This document shows, in pieces, positions 40,700 to 50,216 of a DNA stretch of 64,000 nt. Both the position numbers and the translations under genes were made by a program. Numbering within the stretch: position 1 is the first letter of the stretch; each line of letters opens with the position of its first letter. The stretch lies in IMG/VR virus record IMGVR_UViG_3300027834_000001; one strand, written 5' to 3'. A model generated the notes under the pieces. It was not told the origin of the DNA, searched no databases, and was given only the letters and a program-made list of their open reading frames with translations. This DNA is from an uncultured virus (IMG/VR IMGVR_UViG_3300027834_000001). Lineage: Duplodnaviria > Heunggongvirae > Uroviricota > Caudoviricetes.

Positions 40700-43115
40700 G
40701 TCTCAAAAAGCTATTGACTTCCTAAAGAAGTTTTATCCTAAAGGACCTTGGCTCCTTACTGCAATTCAAACAGACCGCAAGGCCATTGATACTCGCCCCT
40801 TCGGCCCTAAGTCCATTGAAGAGTGCTTATTCTGGCTTGACAAGTATAATGGCGAGCGGAACATCTACTTTACGGTCAACCAGCCGAACATCGCTTTCCT
40901 AAAGTCCGACAAGGTCAAAAAGCCAAACAAAGAGGATATGTTCGAAGCCCACTGGCTTCATGTTGACATTGATCCAGAAGAGGCTCCAGCAGACGAGGAG
41001 GATATTCCCGGCTTCCTGAAAATGGAGCGGGAACGAGTTCTCAGCGTACTAACAGACCGCCTGCCAAAAGGCATCGAGAAGCCGACCGTTATCCTGTTCT
41101 CAGGTGGTGGATACCAAGCATTTTGGAAATTAGACAAACCTGTCAAGATTGATGGGACCGAAGCAGCATGGACTGAGTTCGAACTCTACAACAAGCGTCT
41201 AGAGCAAGTTTTCGGAGGCGACCACTGTCACAACGTAGACCGCATCATGCGCCTTCCTGGGACAGTCAATGTTCCTGATGCAAAGAAGCTGAAAAAAGGT
41301 CGTACAAAGGAACTCTCTAAGCTTCTTGAGTTTGACACCAAAAATGTCTACAGTCTAGAGCAGTTCAAAAAAGCCCAAGCAGTACAGACGTCCGCTCCTG
41401 GACGCCATGATGGCGGCGAGTACGGTATCAAGGTTGAAATTCCCGGTAATGTTGAGCGTATCCAAGACCTCAGTGAACTGGACGTGTGGGACGTCCCTGA
41501 CAGGGTCAAGGTTATTATCGCCCAAGGGCAGCACCCTGACCAGCCGAAGGAAGGTGACAACTCCCGCTCGGCGTGGCTGTTTGACTGTGTCTGTGCGCTG
41601 GCTCGCTGCAATGTCCCCGACGGTGTAATATTTGCAATTTTGACCGACCCTGAATGGGGGATCGCTGGCAGCGTTGTCGAACTCAAAGGTGGTGCCGAGA
41701 AGTATGCAATCCGCCAGATCAAACGCGCCAAGGAATACAGTGAAGACCCTCACCTTACAATGATGAACGACCGACACGCAATTATCGGTAATATCGGAGG
41801 AAAGTGCCGTGTTATTGAGGAGATCGAGGATGATGTTCTTCACAGGAGCCGCATCACAATGTCCAGCTTTGAGGACATCCGCAACCGATACAGCAACATT
41901 CAAATTCAAATAGGTTCTACCGACAAGGGTGATCCAGTGCATATTCCTTTAGGCAAATACTGGATTAATCACCGCTTGCGTCGCCAATACGATACTATGA
42001 AGTTCATGCCACAGGGCGACCAGCCTGGAGTCTATAATCTGTGGCGCGGATTTAACGTAGAACCAATACCTGGAGACTGCTCCATATATCTCGAACACTT
42101 AAAAGAAAACGTATGCAGTGGAGTGGAGGAATACTATGACTACCTCATTAAATGGATGGCAAGAGTTGTTCAAACGCCTGCAAGTCCAGGAGAAGTTGCG
42201 ATTGTCCTCCGAGGAGGAAAGGGTACTGGTAAGGGTTATTTCGCGAGAACCTTCGGACGGCTCTTTGGAAGACATCACCTTCACGTTGCTAATCCTTCAC
42301 ACCTTGTCGGAAACTTCAACGCTCACTTACGCGATGTTATATCTCTTTTTGCGGATGAAGCTTTTTTTGCTGGCGATAAAAGGCATGAAAGTGTTCTCAA
42401 GATGCTTATCACCGAAGATAGTATACCTATCGAAGCCAAAGGAATTGACACTGAACCCTATCCCAACTATGTTCACCTCATCATGGCTTCCAACGATCCA
42501 CATGTCATTAGAGCAACTGGAGATGAAAGACGATACTTTGTCCTAGACATGGGTGAAAACCGTAAGCAGGACGCAACCTTCTTTAAGTCACTAACAAAGC
42601 AGATGGACAACGGCGGATATGAGGCGCTGCTCTACCATCTGCAGAACGTGGATATAAGTGAGTTTGAAGTTCGCAACGTGCCTCAGACTGATGCGCTGCA
42701 AGAACAGAAACTCATGTCAATGGGCGTTGAGGAAGAGTGGTGGTATCATAAACTGTGGGACGGTCGTGTCCTGCAGAACCATGACACGTGGGTCCGTGAT
42801 GTCCCGACAGATGCTCTGGAGCAAGACTATACCGCGTATGCAGATAAGTGGAAGTTTGCTCGGAGAGGCAACGCCACTCTCTTGGGTCGATTCCTAAACC
42901 GTGTTGTTCCACATATCAATAAGATGCAAAAGCGCGTAACAGTTGAAGAGTACGATCAAGAGACCGGACAGCCTCATCGCACCAAGAAACGAATGTATCA
43001 TTACGACCTTGGTGATCTGGAGAAATGCCGAGCATCTTGGGATAAGGTCTATGGTGAACGTGAATGGCCGACACCTGTTGAACTTGATCTCGGCGAAATA
43101 GAGGTTCCCTTTTAA
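40689..43115 (+). CDS. Primase-helicase (RepB-like primase + SF3 helicase)
   Basis: HVDID, SGGGYQAFW and RIMRLPGT.N in the primase. GGKGTGKG, FADEA and MASN in the helicase. Confidence 0.88.
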   Translation: MKGESQKAIDFLKKFYPKGPWLLTAIQTDRKAIDTRPFGPKSIEECLFWLDKYNGERNIYFTVNQPNIAFLKSDKVKKPNKEDMFEAHWLHVDIDPEEAPADEEDIPGFLKMERERVLSVLTDRLPKGIEKPTVILFSGGGYQAFWKLDKPVKIDGTEAAWTEFELYNKRLEQVFGGDHCHNVDRIMRLPGTVNVPDAKKLKKGRTKELSKLLEFDTKNVYSLEQFKKAQAVQTSAPGRHDGGEYGIKVEIPGNVERIQDLSELDVWDVPDRVKVIIAQGQHPDQPKEGDNSRSAWLFDCVCALARCNVPDGVIFAILTDPEWGIAGSVVELKGGAEKYAIRQIKRAKEYSEDPHLTMMNDRHAIIGNIGGKCRVIEEIEDDVLHRSRITMSSFEDIRNRYSNIQIQIGSTDKGDPVHIPLGKYWINHRLRRQYDTMKFMPQGDQPGVYNLWRGFNVEPIPGDCSIYLEHLKENVCSGVEEYYDYLIKWMARVVQTPASPGEVAIVLRGGKGTGKGYFARTFGRLFGRHHLHVANPSHLVGNFNAHLRDVISLFADEAFFAGDKRHESVLKMLITEDSIPIEAKGIDTEPYPNYVHLIMASNDPHVIRATGDERRYFVLDMGENRKQDATFFKSLTKQMDNGGYEALLYHLQNVDISEFEVRNVPQTDALQEQKLMSMGVEEEWWYHKLWDGRVLQNHDTWVRDVPTDALEQDYTAYADKWKFARRGNATLLGRFLNRVVPHINKMQKRVTVEEYDQETGQPHRTKKRMYHYDLGDLEKCRASWDKVYGEREWPTPVELDLGEIEVPF

Positions 43116-43426
43116 TGCCCTGTAAAGCACCATGTTTTGACTGCCCTTACCTAAGAGGAAGCGATAAACTAAAAATCGCCGACAATGTCATATTCGATTT
43201 CATCTTCGAACACCACACCGAGGACGGAATCGGTGGCGGATATTCTCCATATATTTGTCCAGAACAAGAAGACATTTGCTTTGGTCAGATGCAGATGATA
43301 GCGAATGGCTTGAAAACAGGACTGGACGAGTTTTCGGAAATTGGTGAGGTCGTTTACTCTCTGTCTCCTAATGTTAAGGATTTCTTCTGGGGGCCGTGGG
43401 AATATATGGCTTGGCATGAGGCTTAG
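43115..43426 (+). CDS. Hypothetical Cys-containing protein
   Basis: PC.DCPY motif. Coupled to the primase stop. Confidence 0.6.
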   Translation: MPCKAPCFDCPYLRGSDKLKIADNVIFDFIFEHHTEDGIGGGYSPYICPEQEDICFGQMQMIANGLKTGLDEFSEIGEVVYSLSPNVKDFFWGPWEYMAWHEA

Positions 43427-43606
43427 TTTGGAGCCCTACGGACGCGCTGGAGCAGCGTTAGCGCCCTGCCCTACCTTGCGCACCACCACAGGCCGCGCCC
43501 TATGCCCTGCCCTGCCATAATTAGCCTCCGGCGGTGTAGGACATAAAGGTTTGGTCAGCTTGCGCGGCTTATGCTACAATATAGTCTAAGAAATGGGATA
43601 TAAAAC

Positions 43607-44560
43607 ATGAAGCCAATGTTAGCTGGGAAATATGATCCCGTTAAAGTCGCAAAGAAGCTTGAAGACGGACCTCTCCTGGGCCAACTCAAGTATGATGGAA
43701 TTCGTGTATTCATTCGAGATGGCATTGCGTGGACTCGTAGCATTAAACCAGTGCGAGCAGCCGAGGTTCAATCATGGGTTGCCTGGAACAAAGACTTCCT
43801 GGAAGGCATGGATGGGGAAATAATCTGCGGTGACCCAACAGCAGAGGGATGCTTCCAGAGAACCAGCAGCTTCGTAATGAGTTACGATAAACTGGATATA
43901 TTCACATTCTACGCTTTTGATAAATGGGACGAACCGGATATATTTGAGCGGCGATTTGATATTGTCGAAGAAGTGTCCGGACAATGGGTAATAGGCAGTC
44001 ACGATCAGCCTCGTATGGAGGCGGCAGAAACTCGGTTATTGGAGACCATGGACGAAGTGAACGAGTTTCATGAGGAAATGATTGCCCAAGGGCAGGAAGG
44101 GATTATCCTGAGAGATCCTGATGCTTACTATAAATTTGGACGCGGCTCGCCAGTTCAGTGCGAGTGTATCAAAATGAAAGAAGGTGGCTGGATTGACACA
44201 GAATGCAAAATCACAGATTTCTTCGAGCAGATGCACAACGCCAATGAAGCCACGCTTGACAATCTCGGTCACACGGAACGCTCAGGGCATAAAGAGAACC
44301 TTATCGGAAAAGACACTCTCGGCGCTATTGGCGTTAGCGGAAGCTTCGAAGACGGAACTGCTTTCACATGCCGCGTCGGAACAGGACTAGACGACGAGAT
44401 CCGCCAAAAAGTGTGGGATCGCCGACAAGACTATATTGATAGAATCGTAAAAATGAAGTATTTCAATGTCGGCATCAAAGACAAGCCGAGATTTCCAACC
44501 TTCTTGGGCTTCCGTGACCCCGATGACATGGATGCAGAGCAGTTGGATCTCTTTTCTTAA
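43607..44560 (+). CDS. ATP-dependent DNA ligase
   Basis: KPMLA, KYDGIR, DGEI, EGIILR, VGTG and PRFPTF.GFR. Confidence 0.93.
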   Translation: MKPMLAGKYDPVKVAKKLEDGPLLGQLKYDGIRVFIRDGIAWTRSIKPVRAAEVQSWVAWNKDFLEGMDGEIICGDPTAEGCFQRTSSFVMSYDKLDIFTFYAFDKWDEPDIFERRFDIVEEVSGQWVIGSHDQPRMEAAETRLLETMDEVNEFHEEMIAQGQEGIILRDPDAYYKFGRGSPVQCECIKMKEGGWIDTECKITDFFEQMHNANEATLDNLGHTERSGHKENLIGKDTLGAIGVSGSFEDGTAFTCRVGTGLDDEIRQKVWDRRQDYIDRIVKMKYFNVGIKDKPRFPTFLGFRDPDDMDAEQLDLFS

Positions 44561-44606
44561 AATCGCCGACATTGATATATTGATTTTCGATCTGTAGGAG
44601 AACAAG

Positions 44607-44855
44607 ATGAGTTGGGGACCTTGGCAATATAAAGTGGGACCGTCTCTCGGAGACTGGATCAAGGTTGACTGCGAACACGAAGATACCCAAGAGAGGTACG
44701 TCTTCGAGGGAATGGTAACAGACATCTCCGACGCTTGGATAGTAGAGATATGCCCACGACCACCAGACGATCACAAGTATGTGGCTGTCAGGTGGGCGAA
44801 GAAGGCACTGCCTGAACACAACAGCGTCATAAGGAGAGCCTTAGTGGACGCATAG
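44607..44855 (+). CDS. Hypothetical protein
   Basis: AGGAG RBS, 82 aa. Confidence 0.6.
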   Translation: MSWGPWQYKVGPSLGDWIKVDCEHEDTQERYVFEGMVTDISDAWIVEICPRPPDDHKYVAVRWAKKALPEHNSVIRRALVDA

Positions 44856-44982
44856 TGAGGACACATGGTTAAGCAATCTAAGATAATGAATGATAGCCAT
44901 CATCTTGAAGTTGAGGTTCTAAGAGCGATCAACAAGAACTTGGCTTCCATTCGATGGAACTTACGCAAAATGCGGAGGAACG

Positions 44983-45264
44983 ATGACGCACGAAGAGTTG
45001 AAGAACAAGCTGCTCAAAGCAATGGGCGGACGAGTACCGATCCCAGCTAGAGAGACGTGGGCTACCTTCCTCAGAAGTGGGGGAGACAGCTTCTTCATGA
45101 ACTGGGACTGGATGAAAGACCTTCGCATAGAGAAGTGGGCAGAAGATCACCCTGATCTGGAAGCCTACGACAGCACCAATGGTTTGACTATCGAGATTTA
45201 CCATGAGTTCACAGACAACGGTCGCCCTTTAGGAGGATTAAAAAGCACTCTGATAGACAAATAG
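44983..45264 (+). CDS. Hypothetical protein
   Basis: GGAGG RBS. Stop codon lies inside a promoter motif. Confidence 0.6.
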   Translation: MTHEELKNKLLKAMGGRVPIPARETWATFLRSGGDSFFMNWDWMKDLRIEKWAEDHPDLEAYDSTNGLTIEIYHEFTDNGRPLGGLKSTLIDK

Positions 45265-45296
45265 AGTTTGTCTTGCCCCGCGCCCGTGCGTAGTAT
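45259..45296 (+). promoter_or_regulatory. Phage promoter, AAATAGA-N2-TTGTCT-N17-TAGTAT (member of a family of ~16)
   Basis: Related -35 boxes at 23547, 25405, 30254, 31990, 39948, 43552, 46456, 47185, 48423, 50461, 51175, 51640, 53939, 54850 and 59421, each 17-18 bp from a TANNNT-type box. Confidence 0.8.
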
Positions 45297-45335
45297 GTAG
45301 GCTCAGAATAACATATAGCCCCAAAGGATATAGAG

Positions 45336-46079
45336 ATGGCAAAACTCCATGAACTGTTGGCCGTGATGGCTGACACAACCAATGCCGCGCAAGCGGTGAC
45401 CAAGGAGACCAGCACGGTCTTTGCGAAGAAAGCGGAACACTTCCGCGGAGCATCCAAGACGGTTGCTTTCTTCGAGAGTTCACGCGAAGGTGAAAACACC
45501 ACCGAGAGCAAGCAAATGGTGACTACGGTCGCTGATAAGCTTGATCACGCCTTCAAATCTGTTGGTCGCCACTATGATGCTCTCCTGCAACTCGAAGAAG
45601 CCAATGGCCGTGCCAAGGCAGACCTCGTAGTTGACGGTACGACCATCATGAAGGACGTCCCTGCGACCTTCCTCTTGGGCATGGAGAGCCGCCTCAAAGC
45701 TGTCCGCGAAATGATCCTGGTCATTCCGACGCTGGAGATGTCAATCAAATGGACACCGGACGCCAACCTCGGCGAAGGGGTCTACCGTTCGGAAGCCACT
45801 GTGGCCATGAAAACTGAGAAGACGCTCAAGTCGCGCATCTTGGTGGAACCCACGAAGGAGCATCCGGCCCAAGTGGAGAAATGGAACGAAGACGTTCCTG
45901 TCGCCCGTATTGAAACAACGCACACTTCGAGCATGATTACGCCGCACGAGAAATCGGCCATGCTGCTTCGGTGTGACAAAATGATCTCTGCTGTGAAGAA
46001 GGCTCGCCAACGAGCGAACACTGTCGCGGTCACTGATCTGAGCATTGCCAAGGAGATCTTCGGATATATCCAAGGCTAA
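45336..46079 (+). CDS. Conserved uncharacterised helical protein linked to a downstream structured RNA
   Basis: KLHELLAV, AKADLVVDG..I.KDVPATFLL..E..L, T.EHPAQVE...EDVPV and AVK.AR.RAN match a widespread unknown family (recalled as DUF7873, unverified). Confidence 0.85.
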   Translation: MAKLHELLAVMADTTNAAQAVTKETSTVFAKKAEHFRGASKTVAFFESSREGENTTESKQMVTTVADKLDHAFKSVGRHYDALLQLEEANGRAKADLVVDGTTIMKDVPATFLLGMESRLKAVREMILVIPTLEMSIKWTPDANLGEGVYRSEATVAMKTEKTLKSRILVEPTKEHPAQVEKWNEDVPVARIETTHTSSMITPHEKSAMLLRCDKMISAVKKARQRANTVAVTDLSIAKEIFGYIQG

Positions 46080-46083
46080 ACTG

Positions 46084-46433
46084 ATCCCATAGGGGATAGA
46101 CTGAGACTGAGACTGAATTATGCGGGTGGAAAACTCCAAGGAGGTAATCAATTCCCGTAACTCATACTTGAGAGACTTATGCCCCTCAATGTGAGAAACG
46201 AAGTAACTGAAAGACGAGAGATCGCCTTGAAAATGAAGTCGCTGGTTCGAATCCAGTCCCGCCTACCAACACCCTTTCGTTGGACTGAGGGCGGGTAGCT
46301 CAGTGGTAGAGCGCGTTGATAAGAGTGAAGCGATCTCAGTGGTCTGAAAGTTGATCGGGTGCTGCTCTTGAATGAGCACTTGATTTTTAATCAAAGCAAC
46401 AGGGGTCGGTGGATAGGAACTTCCATCGGCCCC
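46084..46433 (+). ncRNA. Structured ncRNA with circularly permuted tRNA-like core
   Basis: The T-arm (46241-46257) and CCCGCCT-A-CCA (46258-46268) precede GGGCGGG-TA and the D-arm (46289-46312). Long flanking helices. RNA ends are approximate. Confidence 0.75.
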
Positions 46434-46509
46434 ACCTGCTTGGGACAAGTAGATGTTGTCATATGCCGCTTCGTGCTGTACTATAAAGGCTCAATAGTTA
46501 GGAGGCTAC

Positions 46510-47181
46510 ATGACAGACCCACCTTTCAAGACTGGTGACGAGGTACGGTTGAAGACCGGTAAATCTCCGATCATCGTTCTGGAAGTGGATTACTTCGACG
46601 AGAACGATAAGGTTCCCTACTACGCGAAACGCAATTGGGGAAACAACTATGTCCAGGGTCGCGGTCGCTATAAGCCGAAGCCTGGATGGTATATCCGCTT
46701 CACTTACAAGAGTTCCATGCACTGTACTGACCACGACAGAAAGTGGCGGGAAGCAGAGGACTTTCAATTTTATCACGACCAACCCAAGAAGGAAACGATC
46801 CCGATGGACGTACTCTATCAAACCAATGAAGAAAATCCCCGCTTCGGTGTTTACCGTGGCGTGAACGGCAATGGTGAATTCATCCTAGAGATGAAAGGCG
46901 TGGACGCAAACTATGAAGCGTTCCCTCAGGACCAGATCGAAGAGGTTCTGCCCTACACTGTCGAGTTGACCGAACTGCGCGTCGATCCTTCCTGCAAGCC
47001 GAAGTCGATCCATGTGCTGGCCAAGAAAGGTCAGGTCGAGAAGGCCGACGTCATGCTGGAACTCAACTCTGGTATCTTCTGGCGCGTCACCAAGCCGGAC
47101 AGCAAGTGCCGCTCTCCGAAGGAAAACAAATCCAAGTGGATGAAGGTTCCACTCTCGCCTGTTACTTTTGGCGAACAGTAG
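46510..47181 (+). CDS. Hypothetical protein (N-terminal YodC/SH3-like motif)
   Basis: FKTGDEVRLKTG..P. Has a promoter and TTAGGAGGCTAC RBS. Confidence 0.7.
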   Translation: MTDPPFKTGDEVRLKTGKSPIIVLEVDYFDENDKVPYYAKRNWGNNYVQGRGRYKPKPGWYIRFTYKSSMHCTDHDRKWREAEDFQFYHDQPKKETIPMDVLYQTNEENPRFGVYRGVNGNGEFILEMKGVDANYEAFPQDQIEEVLPYTVELTELRVDPSCKPKSIHVLAKKGQVEKADVMLELNSGIFWRVTKPDSKCRSPKENKSKWMKVPLSPVTFGEQ

Positions 47182-47238
47182 AACTGGTCACAGGGTTGTC
47201 CTTGGGTTATGCTAAATAACACAATAAAGGACCGCTCA

Positions 47239-47355
47239 ATGTACCTAATCAACCTCGTGCGAGCATGGGCGGCTGATAGCCTGATCCAACTCGGTTATTC
47301 TATTGCACCCGACCACTATTTGGAAGGGATGCTCGCACAACAACCGGAAGAGTGA
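47239..47355 (+). CDS. Small hypothetical protein (38 aa)
   Basis: First ORF after the promoter at 47185, AAGGA RBS. Confidence 0.45.
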   Translation: MYLINLVRAWAADSLIQLGYSIAPDHYLEGMLAQQPEE

Positions 47356-47362
47356 GGCTACC

Positions 47363-48085
47363 ATGACCGACATGATTGAAAAGATTGCCGCGCTCAGAGC
47401 TAAGATCCCTGAGAACGGCGCAACCGAAGATGAGGCGATTGCTGCGCTGGCTATTGCTGAAAAGCTTATGGAGAAGCATGGCATCACCGAGGCGGACCTC
47501 GCGAACGTTCAGTTCAAGCGGGACATGCGTCAAGGTGGTTTCGAGCAGAAACAGAAGCAGGAGCATCCCTCGCAAAAATACTGCGATACGACGATTGCTC
47601 GCTACTGTGGAACCAAGGCGTGGAATGGTCGATCTCAGACTGTGAAGGGGAAGAAGACCACAGAACTCTTCGGCTTTGCTGGCGACGTGGAGATGCACGA
47701 ATTCCTCTTGGGCTTGATCCACGACAGCATGAACCGTGGCTGGAAGGAATTCCTCAAACTCAACGTCAAGTCTGATCAGTCGCGTCATACGCAATACTGG
47801 TCCTTCATGATTGGCTTCGCCGAGCGTATCAACGATAAGCTGGATGAACTGATCAATGCTCGAGTAGCCCAAGTAGGAACGGGAACCGATCTCGTAACCG
47901 CGAAGATGGCGCTGGTTGAGCAGGGATTGGAAGCCATGCTGCCAGCCTTGCAGACACGCGAGGGACGCTCAAGTAAGACCCGAGTGAACCACGACGCCTA
48001 TGGTCAAGGCCAAGCCGCAGGTGATAAAGTCAACCTTCAACGGCCAATTCAACAAGGTCAATCCAATATGAAGAGGATTTCATAA
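47363..48085 (+). CDS. DUF2786-domain protein
   Basis: EKIAAL.A...GATEDEA.AA...A.KLM.KHGI, SF..GF..RI and AY.QG..AG. Confidence 0.75.
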   Translation: MTDMIEKIAALRAKIPENGATEDEAIAALAIAEKLMEKHGITEADLANVQFKRDMRQGGFEQKQKQEHPSQKYCDTTIARYCGTKAWNGRSQTVKGKKTTELFGFAGDVEMHEFLLGLIHDSMNRGWKEFLKLNVKSDQSRHTQYWSFMIGFAERINDKLDELINARVAQVGTGTDLVTAKMALVEQGLEAMLPALQTREGRSSKTRVNHDAYGQGQAAGDKVNLQRPIQQGQSNMKRIS

Positions 48086-48415
48086 ATGTCACTGGTGTCA
48101 CGCATCGCCAAGAAGATCCGCCGCCGCTTACGGAAGAAAGGGAGTCGCGCTGATAATCCTTCATCAACGATGACTACAGCTGAGAAGCTGATCATGAACA
48201 ACTGGAACATCTCGTTCAAGTTCCCCGAGCCTGCTCGGTCTGGCCTTTACCGTGCGATTGATCGCGACACGGCCAAGAAGAAAGCCAACGCTAAGATCCC
48301 TGTGATCAAGCGTGAGCCGACCCGTCAGGTTCTCCGTGCGTTGACTCGTCGCGCCGAGAAAGATCATCGTCGCCAGATGAACATCAAGTTCACGCAGAAG
48401 CGCACTACGGGATAA
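48086..48415 (+). CDS. Basic hypothetical protein
   Basis: Arg/Lys-rich, TRQVLRA..R motif. Confidence 0.6.
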   Translation: MSLVSRIAKKIRRRLRKKGSRADNPSSTMTTAEKLIMNNWNISFKFPEPARSGLYRAIDRDTAKKKANAKIPVIKREPTRQVLRALTRRAEKDHRRQMNIKFTQKRTTG

Positions 48416-48476
48416 ATAGAACTTGTCATTGAGGCCTCCTGAGCGCATACTGGTTGCAGCTTAGGAGGCTACCGCA

Positions 48477-48740
48477 ATGACAGAATGTATTAAGACCGGA
48501 GCGCATGTTCGTCTCAACTGCCATACTGAATGGCTCTATGGCGACGTCTTCCGTACCAGCCAAGGAACTCTACTCATGCGCGTATGCGACCGCCGCAGAG
48601 AACCACTACTGGACGTGAAACATTTTACATTCATGAGTTATGATGTCTGGTTCGATGAGAACGAGACTTCTAGCAATCGCAATTCAACTCTCGTGGCCGA
48701 AGGGTTCATTGACCATGGATATGAAGGAATATCGATATGA
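48477..48740 (+). CDS. Hypothetical protein
   Basis: Has a promoter and TTAGGAGGCTACC RBS. Confidence 0.65.
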   Translation: MTECIKTGAHVRLNCHTEWLYGDVFRTSQGTLLMRVCDRRREPLLDVKHFTFMSYDVWFDENETSSNRNSTLVAEGFIDHGYEGISI

Positions 48741-48898
48741 ATTGGGAATACTACATGGAACGAGATCTTACATGGAACGATCTCAATAATCTAGGTCAGC
48801 AGAGATATGAATTAGTATCTGTGTTCATCTGTCATCCTGGTGATGAATGCAACCCACCCTCTCATATGTTTGTGTTTAAACGACAGGAAATTAAATAA
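48737..48898 (+). CDS. DUF4177-like small protein (53 aa)
   Basis: WEY...LNNLGQQRYELVSV...FVFKR. Overlapping start/stop junctions. Confidence 0.55.
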   Translation: MNWEYYMERDLTWNDLNNLGQQRYELVSVFICHPGDECNPPSHMFVFKRQEIK

Positions 48899-49923
48899 TG
48901 CTGCTATTTGAAAATCATGGACTGATGCCGCTGGAGGCAGCGACTACCTTCGGTATCAACGTGAAGCTAGGGGAGAACCCGATTGGTTTCTTCGGAACTG
49001 GTCTCAAGTACGCTATCGCAGTTTGCCTTCGTCTTGGCGGCACGTTTCGCCTCTTCTTGGGTGAAACTGAATATGAATTCTACGTCAAGGATGACGACTT
49101 TCGCGGTAAGGAGTTCGGCTTTATCCGGATGCGGAAACGCAACTCTCGGATGAAACGCTGGTCCTACCAGAAGCTGGCCTTCACGACAGAACTCGGCAAG
49201 CATTGGGAGCCGTGGATGGCTGTCCGTGAACTGGAGAGCAACACACGTGATGAAAACGGGGAGTCTTACTCTATCCCTGTGTTTGATGATACACAAATTT
49301 TCGGCTTTAATAACATGACCAAGATTGTCATTGAATGTGATGCAATGGAAGAGGCTTATGAGCATGAGACCATTTTCATGCCGGAAAGTGAACTGCTCCA
49401 CGATTATGGCTTTGTCGAGATCTATGAAGGTGTATCCAATCACATCTTCTACCGTGGGCTTCGTGTCACTGACATGGATAAGCCTGCGATGTTCACATAC
49501 AACTTCACAGACCGCGTCACTCTGACCGAGGATCGGACCTCCAAGTGGCCATATTCTGACCAGATCCACGTGATGCAGGCTTTACAATCACTGACAGACG
49601 TGGAATTGCTGGACAAGATCATGGATGCCGATGAGGATAGTTGCTGGGAAGTGGGTCTACCTTGGGATACAGACTATGGTGATCAAGGCACAACTTACGT
49701 CGCTCAGGTGGGTTATCGTTACCACTCCGGCGGAGCATTACCCAAGCGGATGAAATCCTTCTACGACAGTCGGGTTGAGGAAGATGCCCAAGAGAAGTTC
49801 AAGGAAGTCAAGCTATCGCAACCGATGATCGACCGTATTGTCTCGGCGCTACAGGATACTGGCCAACAGGATATTGATGGCCGGATCTTTAAACAACTAG
49901 GTGAATTGGAGATACCGTTTTGA
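48898..49923 (+). CDS. GHKL-type ATPase-like protein
   Basis: IGFFGTGLKYA (G-box) and AVRELESNTRDE (N-box). Confidence 0.65.
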   Translation: MLLFENHGLMPLEAATTFGINVKLGENPIGFFGTGLKYAIAVCLRLGGTFRLFLGETEYEFYVKDDDFRGKEFGFIRMRKRNSRMKRWSYQKLAFTTELGKHWEPWMAVRELESNTRDENGESYSIPVFDDTQIFGFNNMTKIVIECDAMEEAYEHETIFMPESELLHDYGFVEIYEGVSNHIFYRGLRVTDMDKPAMFTYNFTDRVTLTEDRTSKWPYSDQIHVMQALQSLTDVELLDKIMDADEDSCWEVGLPWDTDYGDQGTTYVAQVGYRYHSGGALPKRMKSFYDSRVEEDAQEKFKEVKLSQPMIDRIVSALQDTGQQDIDGRIFKQLGELEIPF

Positions 49924-50216
49924 TGGACACATTTTATATCTGGGGACCGATCCTATTTGCGTTGATTGTAATGATCATCCATGTAAAATGGGATCCTACA
50001 TTCAGGCCAGTTAACAAGAGAGGCGGCTTCTATGATCCGTACATCAAGCAAGCCAGGATCGACCAGAAGAACGCAGACTATCCTGGATGCCAACTTGGTA
50101 TCATGCAATGCCGATCAACCGTATGCGGCTGCAACGAAAGACGACCACACCGCGAGTTCGTAAAGAAGCGGGCCTTTTACCTCATGGAGAATGGAATACC
50201 TGATGACGATACCTGA
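49920..50216 (+). CDS. Hypothetical membrane protein
   Basis: N-terminal TM and a Cys cluster. Confidence 0.55.
   Translation: MMDTFYIWGPILFALIVMIIHVKWDPTFRPVNKRGGFYDPYIKQARIDQKNADYPGCQLGIMQCRSTVCGCNERRPHREFVKKRAFYLMENGIPDDDT

Noticed and set aside
46236..46320. Ordinary tRNA gene or pair of tRNA pseudogenes
   Set aside because: The halves are in permuted order, pair with each other across all 7 acceptor positions and have no anticodon loop. No second T-arm or D-arm exists nearby.
46200..46433. Two-piece alphaproteobacterial tmRNA
   Set aside because: It has a full D-stem and G3-C70 rather than G3-U70. No convincing tag reading frame was seen.
48752..48780. TACATGGAACGA 12-bp direct repeat
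   Set aside because: Only two copies, inside an intact small ORF. Most likely a local duplication.
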